A DNA stretch of 64,000 bases from an uncultured Acidobacteriota bacterium (GTDB lineage: Bacteria > Acidobacteriota > Thermoanaerobaculia > UBA5066), in assembly GCA_903845115.1 (NCBI GenBank), contig CAIMWE010000025.1, positions 26,751-90,750 on the forward strand, given 5' to 3'. The notes beneath the pieces are model-generated. The model was not told where the DNA came from and searched no databases. It saw only the letters and a program-made list of their open reading frames with translations. Both the position numbers and the translations under genes were made by a program. Positions 1 to 10,093 of this stretch are shown one piece after another. How positions within the stretch are numbered: the stretch's first letter is position 1; the number at the start of each line of letters is the position of its first letter.

Positions 1-99
1 CGGGACGAGCGGCCCCGGCAGGGCGTTCTCGGCAGCCGAAAGGGCCGACGCCGCCAAGAAGAGACAGAGGGCCGCGACTTCAGCTCGGGGACGGCGCAT
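1..99 (-). CDS. Partial CDS (N-terminus only; gene runs off the window start): hypothetical secreted protein
   Basis: ATG at 99-97 (complement) opens MRRPRAEVAALCLFLAASALSAAENA..., a signal-peptide-like N-terminus. It is in the same orientation as the downstream pfk. Only 33 codons are visible. Confidence 0.25.
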   Translation of the reverse strand, partial: MRRPRAEVAALCLFLAASALSAAENALPGPLVP

Positions 100-125
100 G
101 GAAGCGAAGAGTATAGGGAAGGCCG

Positions 126-1289
126 TCAGTCCCCCAGGTTCGTCCCAACCGCCCGGGCGCTCTCGAGCCAGGGGTGGTCGAGCGGGACCGTCTTCAGCTT
201 CCCGACGACCTCTTCCAGCGGCACCGGCTCGGTCCCCTCCCCCCGCGCGGCGACCATCACGCCGTACCGCCCCTCGTGGATCAGCTGGGCGCAGGCGGTG
301 CCGAGACGGGTGGCCAGGAAGCGGTCGGCCGCCGAGGGCGTCCCGCCCCGCTGGAGGTGCCCCAGGATCGTCACGCGCGACTCGAGGCCGGTCAGCTCCT
401 CCAGCTGCTCGGCCAGGGACAGGGCGTGGCCCGTCGGGCGCTCCGACTCCAGGTCCGCCAGCCTCCGCGACTCCTTCTCCGCCTTCCGCTTCCTGTCTTT
501 CTTCTCGCCCTTTCCCTTCACGGGGCGCTGCTGCTTCTCGTCCTTCCGCGCCTCCTCGGCCTTCCGCCGTTCCGCAGCCTCCTGCTTCGAGAGGGCCCCC
601 TCGGCCACGGCCACGATGCTGAAGCGCTTGTCCCCCCGGCTCCGCCGCGTGATCGCGTCGGCGACCTTCTTCACGTCGTACGGGATCTCGGGGATCAGGA
701 TGACGTCGGCCCCGCCCGCCACCCCGGCGCCGAGAGCGAGCCAGCCGGCCCGGTGGCCCATCACCTCGCAGACGATGATCCGGTGGTGGCTGTGGGCGGT
801 CGAGTGGAGCCGGTCGATCGCCTCGGTGGCGATCCCGAGGGCCGTGTCGAAGCCGAACGTCGTGTCGGTCATCGCCACGTCGTTGTCGATCGTCTTCGGG
901 AGCGTGATGACGTTGAGCCCCTGCTTTGCCAGGTGGTAGGCGTTCTTCTGCGTCCCCCCGCCGCCGAGGCAGACCAGGACGTCGAGGTGATGCCGCCGGT
1001 AGTTCTCCACGATCATGTTCGTCATGTCGAGGACCTTTCCCCCGACCGGCATCGCGTGGGGCTTGTCGCGGCTCGTCCCGAGGATCGTGCCGCCTCTCGT
1101 CAGGATCCCGGAGAGCGCGGTCTCGTCGAGCGCCACCGTCCGGTTCTGCATCAGGCCGCGGAACCCCTCTCGGAAGCCGACGACCTGCATGCCGTACAGG
1201 CCGATGGCCGACTTGCCCATCCCGCGCAGGGCCGCGTTGAGGCCCGGGCTGTCGCCCCCCGCCGTCAGGACGCCGACGTACTTGGCCAT
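126..1289 (-). CDS. pfkA: ATP/PPi-dependent 6-phosphofructokinase (387 aa) with a Lys/Glu-rich insertion
   Basis: The translation [23 protein letters not shown]...GGGGTQ...TIDNDV...MGHRAG...[12 protein letters not shown] carries the canonical Pfk motifs. GGAGG RBS sits upstream of ATG 1289-1287. The N-terminal 285 aa of track ORF 126..2147 are alternate-frame read-through and were discarded. Confidence 0.85.
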   Translation of the reverse strand: MAKYVGVLTAGGDSPGLNAALRGMGKSAIGLYGMQVVGFREGFRGLMQNRTVALDETALSGILTRGGTILGTSRDKPHAMPVGGKVLDMTNMIVENYRRHHLDVLVCLGGGGTQKNAYHLAKQGLNVITLPKTIDNDVAMTDTTFGFDTALGIATEAIDRLHSTAHSHHRIIVCEVMGHRAGWLALGAGVAGGADVILIPEIPYDVKKVADAITRRSRGDKRFSIVAVAEGALSKQEAAERRKAEEARKDEKQQRPVKGKGEKKDRKRKAEKESRRLADLESERPTGHALSLAEQLEELTGLESRVTILGHLQRGGTPSAADRFLATRLGTACAQLIHEGRYGVMVAARGEGTEPVPLEEVVGKLKTVPLDHPWLESARAVGTNLGD

Positions 1290-2485
1290 CACGTTCCTCC
1301 TATCATCGATCTCAGGATCTCGACTGCCCGGGGGAGGCCGTCCAGCGTCGGAGCCTTCCCCTGGAATACCCGTCCCGACCCACCGCCCCGGCCTCCGAGC
1401 GCCTCGATGATCCTCCTCGAGGCCTCCGGAGCGTCGATCCCCAGCTGCGCCCCGAAGCCGATCGCGAAGAGGTGCTGCCCGCTCCCCGACGCCGTCAGCA
1501 GGACCGCCTTCCCGGGCGAGAGCGCGGCGAGCTGCCGCGCGAGCCGCTGGAGGAAGTCGCCCCCTCTTCCGTCGAAGTGGCGGACCCACGTGGCCCCGGG
1601 CAGGAGGGCGGCCGACCCGGCCAGCGCCTCGATCAGCTCCTCTTCGAGCGCCCGGGCCGTCCGGTGGGCAGCCTGCAGCTGCTCGAGCTTCGCCTCGGCC
1701 GCCGCGACCAGGCCCGCATCGGGCGCGCCGAGGACCGCCCGGAGAGAGGCGTTCCTCGCCTCGTGCCCGCCCATCCGGCGCCGGACGCGAGCCCCCGCGG
1801 CGAAGAAGAGACGCGTCCCTCCCCGGATCGCCTCGGTGCCGAGGAGCTTCAGCGCTTCGATCTCGGACGTCGACTTCAGGTGGGTCCCGCCGCAGGTGTT
1901 CAGGTCGATCCCGTCGATCTCGACGAGGCGGATCTCTCCGGAGTGCCCCTCGGGAAGGCCGCGCGTCCTCACCGGGAGCTTCCCGAAGGCGGCCTCGTCG
2001 ACCCTCCGCGCGGTGACGGAACGCGCGGCGCGGATCTCCACGGCGACGGCCTCCTCGAGGGCTTCGAGGTCGGCCGGCGCGAGCGGCGCCGCGCCGACCT
2101 CGATGTCGGAGACCTCGGCGCCGAGGTGAAAGGCGGTCGTCTCCCACCGGAAGCGGTCGGCGGCCACCGCCGTCAGGAGGTGCTGCCCCGTGTGCTGCTG
2201 CATGTGGTCGAACCGCCTCGGCCAGTCGAGGCGGGCCACGACCGGCCCTTCGCCGAGCAGGCGCTCGAGGTAGTGGCGGATCGCGCCGTCCTTCTTCTGG
2301 ACGTCGACGACGGCGATTCCGTCGAGCGTCCCTTGGTCGGGGGGCTGGCCGCCCCCCTCCGGATAGAAGATCGTCTCGTCCAGGACCGCGAACGGGCGCG
2401 TCGCGTCCGCCCCGGTCTCCACGACGCGGACGCGGAGCTCCGTCCGGTACGGTTCGCGTTCGAAGGTGTAGGGGGCGTTCGTCAC
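1289..2485 (-). CDS. AlaX-L-type alanyl-tRNA editing protein (tRNA synthetase class II second-additional-domain family)
   Basis: HTGQHLL and CGGTH zinc-binding editing motifs. Length about 398 aa with a GTG start. Its TGA stop overlaps the pfk ATG (TGATG). Confidence 0.7.
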   Translation of the reverse strand: MTNAPYTFEREPYRTELRVRVVETGADATRPFAVLDETIFYPEGGGQPPDQGTLDGIAVVDVQKKDGAIRHYLERLLGEGPVVARLDWPRRFDHMQQHTGQHLLTAVAADRFRWETTAFHLGAEVSDIEVGAAPLAPADLEALEEAVAVEIRAARSVTARRVDEAAFGKLPVRTRGLPEGHSGEIRLVEIDGIDLNTCGGTHLKSTSEIEALKLLGTEAIRGGTRLFFAAGARVRRRMGGHEARNASLRAVLGAPDAGLVAAAEAKLEQLQAAHRTARALEEELIEALAGSAALLPGATWVRHFDGRGGDFLQRLARQLAALSPGKAVLLTASGSGQHLFAIGFGAQLGIDAPEASRRIIEALGGRGGGSGRVFQGKAPTLDGLPRAVEILRSMIGGT

Positions 2486-2506
2486 GCCCCCTAGCCTACG
2501 CCGAAC

Positions 2507-4828
2507 TCAGCCCACCTTCTTGTCGGTCCTGGCCGGGGGCTTCGGCGGCGGAGCCGACTGCCTCTGGGGAGCCGACTGCCTCGGCGGAGCCGGCGGCGGT
2601 TGCCGGACGACCGGCGCCGGCTTCTGCACCGGCGGCTTGGCGACCGGCTGAGGGGCGGCCTGCTGCTTCACCGTGGACCGCTCCACCGACCGGGTGGTGG
2701 ACTGTCCGGAAGTCCTCGTGGAGCCCTGCTGGCCGGAGACGTTGGACTCCGTCTTCCTGGACGTGACGTGGGTCTGCTGGCCCTGCCCGGTCGCGCGCTG
2801 GTCGGACCTCGATCCCGTGGCGGTATCGTTCCCCCTCTTCACCGGCTGGCCCTGGACCTGGTTCGACGAGCCCGTCGTGCCCTGGTCGGTCTTCTTCTCG
2901 AGCCTGTAGGTGCTCGTGCGCTGCCCCTGGGTCTGGGTCTGGGTCTGGGTCTGGGTTTGTGTCTGGCCCTGCCCGGACGTCCTCGTGCCGTCCTTCTTCG
3001 CGAAGCCCTGGCCCGTCGTTCCGGTGTGGCCCGTGGTCTGCTGACCTTGCGTCTCCACCTTCACGAGGCGTTCCGGCTTCCCTCCGACCTGGCCGTGAGT
3101 CTGTCCCTGGCCGGCCGTATTCGTCACGGGCCGCCCTTGCCTCTCCGAAACGGGGCGCTGGTAGCTCTGGAGGTCCTTCGACTGGATCCCGACGGGTTTG
3201 TCGTGGGTGGCGAGGCTTCGGCCCTGGCCCTGCGGGACCGAGACCGGCTGCACCTTGTGGGCCGCCCCGAAGTCCCGTTTCGGCGCGAAGTCCACCTTGC
3301 CGCCGGCGCCGCCCGCGGGCCGGATGTCGGCGACCGGCCGCGCGCCGTGGAAATGGTCGATCGAGAGCTTCTCGGAGACTCTCCGGTCGACCGGCATCCC
3401 GTGGTTCTCCTTGATGAACCCCATCTTCGTGGAGAAGCCCGGGGGCGCCAGCGGCGGGGCGAGCCGCGTCACGACCGACCGGGAGAGGAAGGCGTTCGGC
3501 GGCCGGAGCATGGGCCCGCGGGACCCGCCCGGGAACGGCATCCGGATCGAGGCCTGGGTCGGCAGGAACGGGAGCGGGCCGTGAATGAACGGCGCCGCGG
3601 CGAGCCCCCTCATGACGGCCGCGTCGTGGATGAAGCCCCGCTGGACGTACCCTCCTCCGACGAACGTATCGTGCCTCACCGCGTGCATGTAGCCGCGGTT
3701 CATGAACCCGAAGCCCGGGGGGACCGGGACGGGGACGCGGTGGCCCCACCAGGGGGAGAAGGGCTCCCTCGGCCCGACCGGGAACCAGCCGACGTGCCCG
3801 CCCATCGCCCCGTGCCCCGGAGGGCCCCCGGCGAAGACGACCCGCGCCGGCGAGTAGCGGACGAACCGCTCTCCCCGCGCCGCCGGCAGCCAGAACCAGC
3901 GGTTGCGCCAGCTGGTCCAGCTCCCGTAGTGATAGGGGGCCCAGCCCCAGCGCTCCGCGCCGACCCACGACCAGCCCCACGGGTCCTGCCACATCCAGCG
4001 CCCCTCGGTGTAGGGGGCCCAGCCGGCCGCGACGCCCCGGGGGGTCCACGCCATCCCCTGCTCCGGGATCTCCTCCCAGCTTCCGTCCTCGTCCAGGTCC
4101 TCGGCGCCGACGACCTCCTCGGAGACGTACTTCGCGGCGACAGCCTCCTGGCGGGGCCGGAGCCGGTCCTCGACCCAGCGGTCCCACCGGTCCTGGGCCG
4201 GCTGCGCCACGAGGTCGTAGCGCGGCTGGTCGGTCCCCTCGACCTCCATCGTGTCGCCCTGGCTCAGGTCGATCTGGCCTCCCGCGGCGACGCCCAGCGC
4301 GCCCCCCTCGAACAGGATGAACCGCGTGTTGCCGTCGGCGTCCACGTCGACGCGGTACTTCCCCGGCCGGCGGAACGTGACCGAGACGTTGGGCGTGTCG
4401 ACCTCGAAGACCTCTCCGTCGGCCAGCCGGCGGACCCGGAAGGTCGCCGTGCCGACCGCGACGGAGAGCTGCCGGACGTCGTCGCGCAGGTCGAGCGCCG
4501 TCATCTGCGTCTCCGGCGCGATGAAGATCCGCGTGCCGCCGGTCTCCAGCTCGAGACGCCCGTCCTTGCCAGTGTAGACCCGGTCCCCCAGCGTCAGCGG
4601 GACGTTGACCGCCACGTCCTGCCAGTTCTCGGGGTCGTCTCCCCTGCTGTAGGTGGCTGGCCCCGACCTGTACGCCACGCGGGCGACGGTCTGCTGGATC
4701 TCCTCTTCCCCGCCCCCCTGGGGCTGCGGCTGCGCCGTGGTGGGAGTCGCGACGACCAGGAGGGCGATCGCGGCGGCGAGGACCGGCACCGCGGCAGAAC
4801 GGCAATGGGTCTGCGATCTGGTCTTCAT
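2507..4828 (-). CDS. Secreted FecR-domain / DUF6600-like protein with Gln/Thr-rich low-complexity tail (paralog A)
   Basis: RBS GGAGGAG precedes ATG 4828. It has the signal peptide MKTRSQTHCRSAAVPVLAAAIALLVVATPTTA, a FecR-like beta domain (TATFRVRRLADGEVFEVDTPNVSVTFRRPGKYRVDVD), and a Trp-rich block WGWAPYHYGSW...WFPVGPREPF. The tail has QTQTQTQTQTQ repeats ending in a PPxP tract. Confidence 0.6.
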   Translation of the reverse strand: MKTRSQTHCRSAAVPVLAAAIALLVVATPTTAQPQPQGGGEEEIQQTVARVAYRSGPATYSRGDDPENWQDVAVNVPLTLGDRVYTGKDGRLELETGGTRIFIAPETQMTALDLRDDVRQLSVAVGTATFRVRRLADGEVFEVDTPNVSVTFRRPGKYRVDVDADGNTRFILFEGGALGVAAGGQIDLSQGDTMEVEGTDQPRYDLVAQPAQDRWDRWVEDRLRPRQEAVAAKYVSEEVVGAEDLDEDGSWEEIPEQGMAWTPRGVAAGWAPYTEGRWMWQDPWGWSWVGAERWGWAPYHYGSWTSWRNRWFWLPAARGERFVRYSPARVVFAGGPPGHGAMGGHVGWFPVGPREPFSPWWGHRVPVPVPPGFGFMNRGYMHAVRHDTFVGGGYVQRGFIHDAAVMRGLAAAPFIHGPLPFLPTQASIRMPFPGGSRGPMLRPPNAFLSRSVVTRLAPPLAPPGFSTKMGFIKENHGMPVDRRVSEKLSIDHFHGARPVADIRPAGGAGGKVDFAPKRDFGAAHKVQPVSVPQGQGRSLATHDKPVGIQSKDLQSYQRPVSERQGRPVTNTAGQGQTHGQVGGKPERLVKVETQGQQTTGHTGTTGQGFAKKDGTRTSGQGQTQTQTQTQTQTQGQRTSTYRLEKKTDQGTTGSSNQVQGQPVKRGNDTATGSRSDQRATGQGQQTHVTSRKTESNVSGQQGSTRTSGQSTTRSVERSTVKQQAAPQPVAKPPVQKPAPVVRQPPPAPPRQSAPQRQSAPPPKPPARTDKKVG

Positions 4829-4944
4829 TTTCTCCTCCATTCCCGAGAGAGAAACCGGCCGTGCCCCGCCGGCCCAGAAGGAGGGCCGGCGGTCCGAATC
4901 GAAGAGGGCGAGGGGCTGCCCGAATCGAATCATGGCCCTGGCGC

Positions 4945-7134
4945 TCATCGGTCCTTCTTATCCTTCTTCACCTCATCCGGCTTCGCCGGCGGCGCCTTCT
5001 CGACCTTCGGCGCGGGTTTCGGCTTCTCGACCCTCGGCGCCGGCGGTGCCTGTTCGACGCGGACGGCGGGCGGCGGCTTCTGCTCGACCCTGGGCTGGGG
5101 CGGGGCGGCGACCGGGGGCCGGTCCGGCGGCTTCACCTCCGGCCTCGTCTGGTGGTCCCGCCGCTCCGGCTGACCCTGCTCGACCGGCCGATCGACACTC
5201 CGCTGGACGGGCTTGACGTCGGGCTTCGTCTCGGGCCTGACGTCGGGCTTCGCGTCGGGCTTCATCTCGGGCTTGACCTCGGGACGGGCCTTCGGGTCCC
5301 GGCGCTCCGGCTGCCCACGGTCGACGGGTCTGTCGAAGCTCCGCTCGGCGGGCCTGGGCTCCGGCTTGGGCTCCGGCCTCGCCTCCGGACGAGGCGCAGG
5401 GTCCCGGCGCTCCGGCTGTCCACGGTCGATCGGCCTGTCGGGGTTCCTGACCGGGCCTCCGTCCGGCTTCAGGATGTCGGCTCTCCCCATGGGAGGCGGG
5501 GTCTCCTTCTGGCGGGTGGCGGGGAGCGGCCGCTCCCCCGTCGTGACCTTCCGGCCGTCCGGCGGCGCCGCCGCACGGACTGGCCGCGTCTCGACCAGCT
5601 CGCGCTTCGGGGCGAGGAGCACCTTGCCCCCCTCGGGAACGGCAGGACGATAGTTGACGACGGGCCGGGGCTGACGCCTGACCTCCACCGCGAGCTTCTC
5701 GGCGCTGACCCGGCCGACCGGCATCCCGCCGTTCGAGGTGATCAGCCCCAGCTTCGCCTGGAACGTCGGCGGCGCGGGGGGCGGGACGAGCCGGGTCACG
5801 ACCGCGCGTCCCTCGACGGCCCTGGGTGGACGGGCTGCCGAACCGGGTTCCGTCCTCACCGAGAACCGGACCGAGCCGGGAACCGGCAGGATCGGGAGCG
5901 GTCCGTGGAGGACCGGGGCCGTCACCATCTGGTGGATCACCCGCTGGTCGCGGACGACCTCGCGGTCGACCATCCGGCCGCCGATGAACGCGTCACGGTT
6001 GACGACCGTCACGTGGGTCTGGTTCACGTATCTGACGTTGTTCACGCTGCCGGCGGTGCGCCGGCCCCACCAGGGGATGAACGCGTCGCGCGGGCCGATC
6101 GGGAACCAGCCGACGAAATTCGCGCCGCCGGAGCTCGCGGAACCGGACCAGCCCGGTCCGGCGCCGGTGAAGACGACGCGGGCCGGCGAGTAGCGCACGG
6201 CCTGCGCCGCCCTCGGGACCGGGACCCAGAACCAGCGGTCCTGCCACGACACCCAGCTGCCGTAGTGGTAGGGCGCCCAGCCCCACGGGTCGTACGAGAT
6301 CCAGGTCCAGCCCCACGGGTCCTGCCAGGTCCACCGGCCGTTCCGGTAAGGGGCCCAGCCTGCCACGGTGACCGGCGGGCTCCAGACCCAGCCGTAGTCG
6401 GGGATCTGACGCCAGTCCCCTTCCCTGTCGAGGTCGTCCAGGCCCACGATGTCGGAGCTGGCGTAACGGACCGAGATTCCCTCCCGGAGGCGGCGGGAGC
6501 GCTCGTCCACCCAGCGGTCCCACGCGTCGCTCCGCGGGAGCGCGACGATGTCGTAGCGGGGCTCGTCCAGGCCGTCGACCTGGATGGCGTCGGCCGCCTG
6601 GAGGTCGACCTCGCCCCCCGCCGCGATCGCCACCGCGGACCCCTTGAAGATCGACGCGAAGGTGTTGCCGTCCCGGTCCACGTCGACCCGGTAGTAGCCA
6701 GGGCGCTGGAAGGTGAGCGAGACGTTGGGGGTGTCGACCTCGAAGACCTCTCCTTCCGACAGCCGGTTGATCCGGAACGAGGCGGTCCCGATGGTCAGCG
6801 AGAGCTGCCGGATGTCATCGCGCAGGTCGAGGGCGGCGAGCTCCGACTCCGGGCCGAGGAAGATCCGGACCCCCTCTGCCTGCAGCTCCATCCGCCCGTC
6901 CCGGGCCGTGTAGAGGCGGTCGCCGACGGTCATGGGGAAATTGACGACCGCGTCTTCCCAGCTGTCGGGGTCGTCCCCCCGGTTGAACGAGGCGGAGCCG
7001 GAGAGGAAGGCGATCCGGGCGACCGACTGCCTCACGTCGTCGTCGTCCTGCGCGAAGGACGGGTGCGAGAGGAGAACGGCGAGAGCGAGGAGGCTCGCGA
7101 CGAACGTTTTCGGGTGTTTCGTGATCAATGTCAT
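4945..7134 (-). CDS. Secreted FecR-domain / DUF6600-like protein with Pro/Glu/Lys/Arg repeat tail (paralog B)
   Basis: Same architecture as 2507..4828 (IGTASFRINRLSEGEVFEVDTPNVSLTFQRPGYYRVDVD; WGWAPYHYGSW). The N-terminus MTLITKHPKTFVASLLALAVLLSHPSFA is a signal peptide. The tail has three RPxDRGQPERRD repeats and PEVKPE motifs. Confidence 0.6.
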   Translation of the reverse strand: MTLITKHPKTFVASLLALAVLLSHPSFAQDDDDVRQSVARIAFLSGSASFNRGDDPDSWEDAVVNFPMTVGDRLYTARDGRMELQAEGVRIFLGPESELAALDLRDDIRQLSLTIGTASFRINRLSEGEVFEVDTPNVSLTFQRPGYYRVDVDRDGNTFASIFKGSAVAIAAGGEVDLQAADAIQVDGLDEPRYDIVALPRSDAWDRWVDERSRRLREGISVRYASSDIVGLDDLDREGDWRQIPDYGWVWSPPVTVAGWAPYRNGRWTWQDPWGWTWISYDPWGWAPYHYGSWVSWQDRWFWVPVPRAAQAVRYSPARVVFTGAGPGWSGSASSGGANFVGWFPIGPRDAFIPWWGRRTAGSVNNVRYVNQTHVTVVNRDAFIGGRMVDREVVRDQRVIHQMVTAPVLHGPLPILPVPGSVRFSVRTEPGSAARPPRAVEGRAVVTRLVPPPAPPTFQAKLGLITSNGGMPVGRVSAEKLAVEVRRQPRPVVNYRPAVPEGGKVLLAPKRELVETRPVRAAAPPDGRKVTTGERPLPATRQKETPPPMGRADILKPDGGPVRNPDRPIDRGQPERRDPAPRPEARPEPKPEPRPAERSFDRPVDRGQPERRDPKARPEVKPEMKPDAKPDVRPETKPDVKPVQRSVDRPVEQGQPERRDHQTRPEVKPPDRPPVAAPPQPRVEQKPPPAVRVEQAPPAPRVEKPKPAPKVEKAPPAKPDEVKKDKKDR

Positions 7135-7208
7135 GGTTCAGCTCCGTTTCCCTTCTGTGTAGCGAATCCCGTGCCCGGCGTGCCGGAGTGTCGGGAGGAC
7201 GGCCCGTG

Positions 7209-8975
7209 TCACGGCGCAATCTCCTCGACCGGCATCCTCAGCACTCCCTCGCCTCCCATCCCCAGGAGCCGGACGGCGCGGGTCACGGGGCGGACCGCCT
7301 CGAGGGTCCTCGTCGCCAGCTCGACCGCGGCCTCCCGCTCGCCGGAGTCGCGATTGAGGATCGCCTCGAACGGACTCTTCCTCGCCGGGAAGACCTTCAG
7401 CTCGACCTTCCCGTCGGCGGGGACCTTCGCCGCCGCGCGGGCCAGCTTCAGGGCGGCCGGGATCCCTCCCAGCTCGTCCACGAGGCCGATCGCCTTCGCG
7501 TCCTCCCCGCTCCAGATCCTTCCCTTCGCGATCTCGAGGACCTTCTCCTTCGGGAGCTTCCGTCCCGCCGCCACCTTCGACGTGAAGTCGTCGTAGACCC
7601 GGTCCAGCCACGCCTGGAAGCGCGCCCACTCCTCCGGCGTGTAGTCGTGGGTGCCGGAGAACATCGTCGCGTTCTTGCTGGTGTGGAGCTCGTCCCACGA
7701 GAGGCCCAGCTTCTCCCAGAGCCCGTTCGTCAGGATCTTCCCGCCCAGGACGCCGATCGACCCGGTGATGGTCCCGGGCTGCGCGACGATCTTGTCCGCC
7801 GCCATCGCCACGAAGTAGCCGCCCGACCCCGCCACGTTCCCCATCGAGACGATCACCGGCTTCCCCGCCGCCTTCGCGCGGACCGTCTCCCTCCAGATCG
7901 TGTCGGACGCGACGTACGAGCCGCCCGGGCTGTCGACGCGGAAGAGGATGGCCTTCACGTCCTTGTCCTCGATCGCGGCCCGGAACGCGCCGGCCACCGT
8001 TTCCGACCCCATCGACTGGCTGTCCTGGACCGGGTCGTACTTGCTCTTGCCGCGCTGGACGCCTCCGATCCCGTAGATCAGGGCGATCCGCGTCCCCTTC
8101 TCGTTCGGCCGGCCGGCCCGGTCGAGGTAGGCCCGGAGGGAGAGGAACTTCGCCTTCAGGCCCGCTTTCAGCTTCGTCTTCGCCTTCTCGTGGAACTCGT
8201 CGCGGTAGGCCATCCCGTCCACGAGCCCGGCGTCCAGGGCTTCCTTCCCGAGGTAGGGTCCCGCGTCGAACCGGGCCTTGACCACGTCCGGCGTCAGCTT
8301 CCGGGCCTCGGCGATCCCCTTCACCATCTGCTCGAAGATCGAGTCGATCACCTTTCCCGTCGCCTCGCGGTGGGCCGGGGTGAACTTCGTCTCCGTGTAC
8401 ATGTTCATCGCGTTCTTGTACTCGTACCGGTGGTCCATCCTGGGGACGAGGCCGACCTTGTCGAACGTGCCGCGCAGGAACGGGCTCTCGGCCATCAGCC
8501 CGGTCAGGCCGACGTCGCCCGACGGCTGGAGCCAGATCTCCTGGAACGCCGAGGCCAGATAGTACGAACGGTTCCCGGGGGCGAACTCGCCGAACGTCTC
8601 CGACCACGCCAGGGCCGGCTTCCCCGCCTTCCGGAACGCCAGGACGGCGTCGCGGATCTCCTGGACGTCCGCCAGTCCCATCGGCGCCTCGCCGACGCGG
8701 GCGACGAGGCCAGCGACGTGCGGGTCGGTCGACCCCTTCTCCAGCGCCTCGACGACGTCCCGGAGAGTCGTCACCTTGTCCTTGAAGAAGGAGCCGATCG
8801 GGTCGTCCGGGACCATCTCGATGATCCCCTTCTCGAGGTCGATCTCGAGGATCGTCCGGTCCGAGACGGTCCCCTTCGCGGCCATCGAGACGATGCCGGC
8901 GGCCCCTCCCGCGAGGACCAGCAGGACGGTCAGCGCTCCCACGATGGCGAGGACGGTGACGAGGAATTTCTTCAT
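7209..8975 (-). CDS. sppA: Signal peptide peptidase SppA (protease IV, 67K type), 588 aa
   Basis: ATG at 8975 opens MKKFLVTVLAIVGALTVLLVLAGG (N-terminal TM helix). Two ClpP/crotonase-like S49 repeats follow (GKPVIVSMGNVAGSGGYFVAMAADKIVAQPGTITGSIGV). The first 42 codons of the track ORF are upstream read-through. Confidence 0.85.
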   Translation of the reverse strand: MKKFLVTVLAIVGALTVLLVLAGGAAGIVSMAAKGTVSDRTILEIDLEKGIIEMVPDDPIGSFFKDKVTTLRDVVEALEKGSTDPHVAGLVARVGEAPMGLADVQEIRDAVLAFRKAGKPALAWSETFGEFAPGNRSYYLASAFQEIWLQPSGDVGLTGLMAESPFLRGTFDKVGLVPRMDHRYEYKNAMNMYTETKFTPAHREATGKVIDSIFEQMVKGIAEARKLTPDVVKARFDAGPYLGKEALDAGLVDGMAYRDEFHEKAKTKLKAGLKAKFLSLRAYLDRAGRPNEKGTRIALIYGIGGVQRGKSKYDPVQDSQSMGSETVAGAFRAAIEDKDVKAILFRVDSPGGSYVASDTIWRETVRAKAAGKPVIVSMGNVAGSGGYFVAMAADKIVAQPGTITGSIGVLGGKILTNGLWEKLGLSWDELHTSKNATMFSGTHDYTPEEWARFQAWLDRVYDDFTSKVAAGRKLPKEKVLEIAKGRIWSGEDAKAIGLVDELGGIPAALKLARAAAKVPADGKVELKVFPARKSPFEAILNRDSGEREAAVELATRTLEAVRPVTRAVRLLGMGGEGVLRMPVEEIAP

Positions 8976-9076
8976 GGATCCCCCATTTGCGGGCGGGTCG
9001 CGCCGCCCTGCCCCGAGATTATCGGCCCCCGCACCTTCGGGGTCCGGTGACGGGCGACAATGGAAAGCACAGGAGA

Positions 9077-9943
9077 ATGAAGAGAGCCTCGCCGAACGCA
9101 TCCGTCCCCGCCTCGATCGTCCGCCGGCGCGGCGCGGCCCCGGAGCACGTCCGCGACCTCCTGGCTGCCGAGGAGCCGATGGAGATCCGCCTCCGCGAGG
9201 GGGGAGCGCCCGCCGAGCGGCTAGTGGTGACGATGCGGACGCCGGGCGACGACGAGGACCTCGCGGTCGGCCTCCTCTTCGGCGAGGGGGTCATCCGGTC
9301 GATCGACGAGGTCGTCTCGGTCGAACGCCCGTCCGACCCGCGGATCGACCCGGAGCTGGCCCGGAACGTCGTCGTCGTGACGCTGACGAAGGACCCGGCG
9401 CGGGCGGCGCGCACGCCGCGGCGGGCGACGGTGATGGGGTCGGCGTGCGGCGTCTGCGGCCGGACCACCATCGAGGAGGTCGTCGGCCTCGGGGCCCGGT
9501 GCCGCGAGGGGGCTCGTTCCGCCGGGAACGCCGCGGCCGGCGTCACGATCGACCCCTCCGTCCTGACCGCCCTCCCGGAGAAGCTTCGCGAACGCCAGGA
9601 CGGGTTCGCGGCGACGGGCGGGCTCCACGCCGCCGGCCTCTTCGAAGCCGACGGCCTCCTCCTCGTCGCCCGCGAGGACGTGGGCCGCCACAACGCGACC
9701 GACAAGGTGATCGGGGCCCTCCTCCGCTCCCGCCGTCCCGTCCCCCCGCTCCTTCTCGTCTCCGGCCGCCTCGGTTTCGAGATCGCCCAGAAGGCCGCCC
9801 TGGCCGGCATCCAGGTCGTCGCCGCCATCTCCGCGCCGACCAGCCTGGCCGTCGACCTGGCCGACGAGGCGGGCATCACCCTGATCGGCTTCCTCCGGGG
9901 CGAGACCTTCAACGTCTACACGCACCCGGGGAGAATCGGGTAG
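9077..9943 (+). CDS. fdhD: Formate dehydrogenase accessory sulfurtransferase FdhD
   Basis: AGGAG RBS precedes ATG 9077. Motifs: conserved Cys in SACGVCG and the GRHNATDK motif. Length 288 aa. Confidence 0.85.
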   Translation: MKRASPNASVPASIVRRRGAAPEHVRDLLAAEEPMEIRLREGGAPAERLVVTMRTPGDDEDLAVGLLFGEGVIRSIDEVVSVERPSDPRIDPELARNVVVVTLTKDPARAARTPRRATVMGSACGVCGRTTIEEVVGLGARCREGARSAGNAAAGVTIDPSVLTALPEKLRERQDGFAATGGLHAAGLFEADGLLLVAREDVGRHNATDKVIGALLRSRRPVPPLLLVSGRLGFEIAQKAALAGIQVVAAISAPTSLAVDLADEAGITLIGFLRGETFNVYTHPGRIG

Positions 9944-10093
9944 GGGTCGGATCGGGCAACTGACAGGCTCCGCCAGGGGCCCGGCCGACGGTCGGCCCCC
10001 GGTGTTCACGAGGGGAGAAGACGTGGTCTCGCCCCCCGCGTGCGAGCGTAGACTGGATCCCGAAGTCACGGTCGCCACCGCGGAGGAGCCTTC

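Noticed and set aside
98-2147. Long ORFs on both strands (98..622 +, 174..2129 +, 298..939 +, and the 285-aa N-terminal extension of 126..2147 -) overlapping pfk
   Set aside because: They are Arg/Pro/Gly-rich translations typical of out-of-frame reading in ~70% GC DNA. Only the pfk frame (from ATG 1289, with RBS) has recognisable protein motifs.
2880-3000. Short tandem nucleotide repeats (ctgggt x6; encodes QTQTQT) considered as CRISPR or satellite
   Set aside because: They are in-frame coding repeats in the low-complexity tail of the FecR/DUF6600 paralog. There is no spacer-repeat architecture and no cas genes.
2496-5216. ORFs 2496..4805 (-), 2600..5173 (+) and others overlapping the FecR/DUF6600 gene
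   Set aside because: They are alternate-frame artefacts with low-complexity R/G/P composition. The real gene is the frame with the signal peptide, FecR and Trp-rich domains.
9950-10010. GC-rich inverted repeat after fdhD (ggccgacggtcggcc) as an intrinsic terminator
   Set aside because: The loop is too short (1 nt) for a stable hairpin as drawn, and there is no U-tract. Left unannotated.
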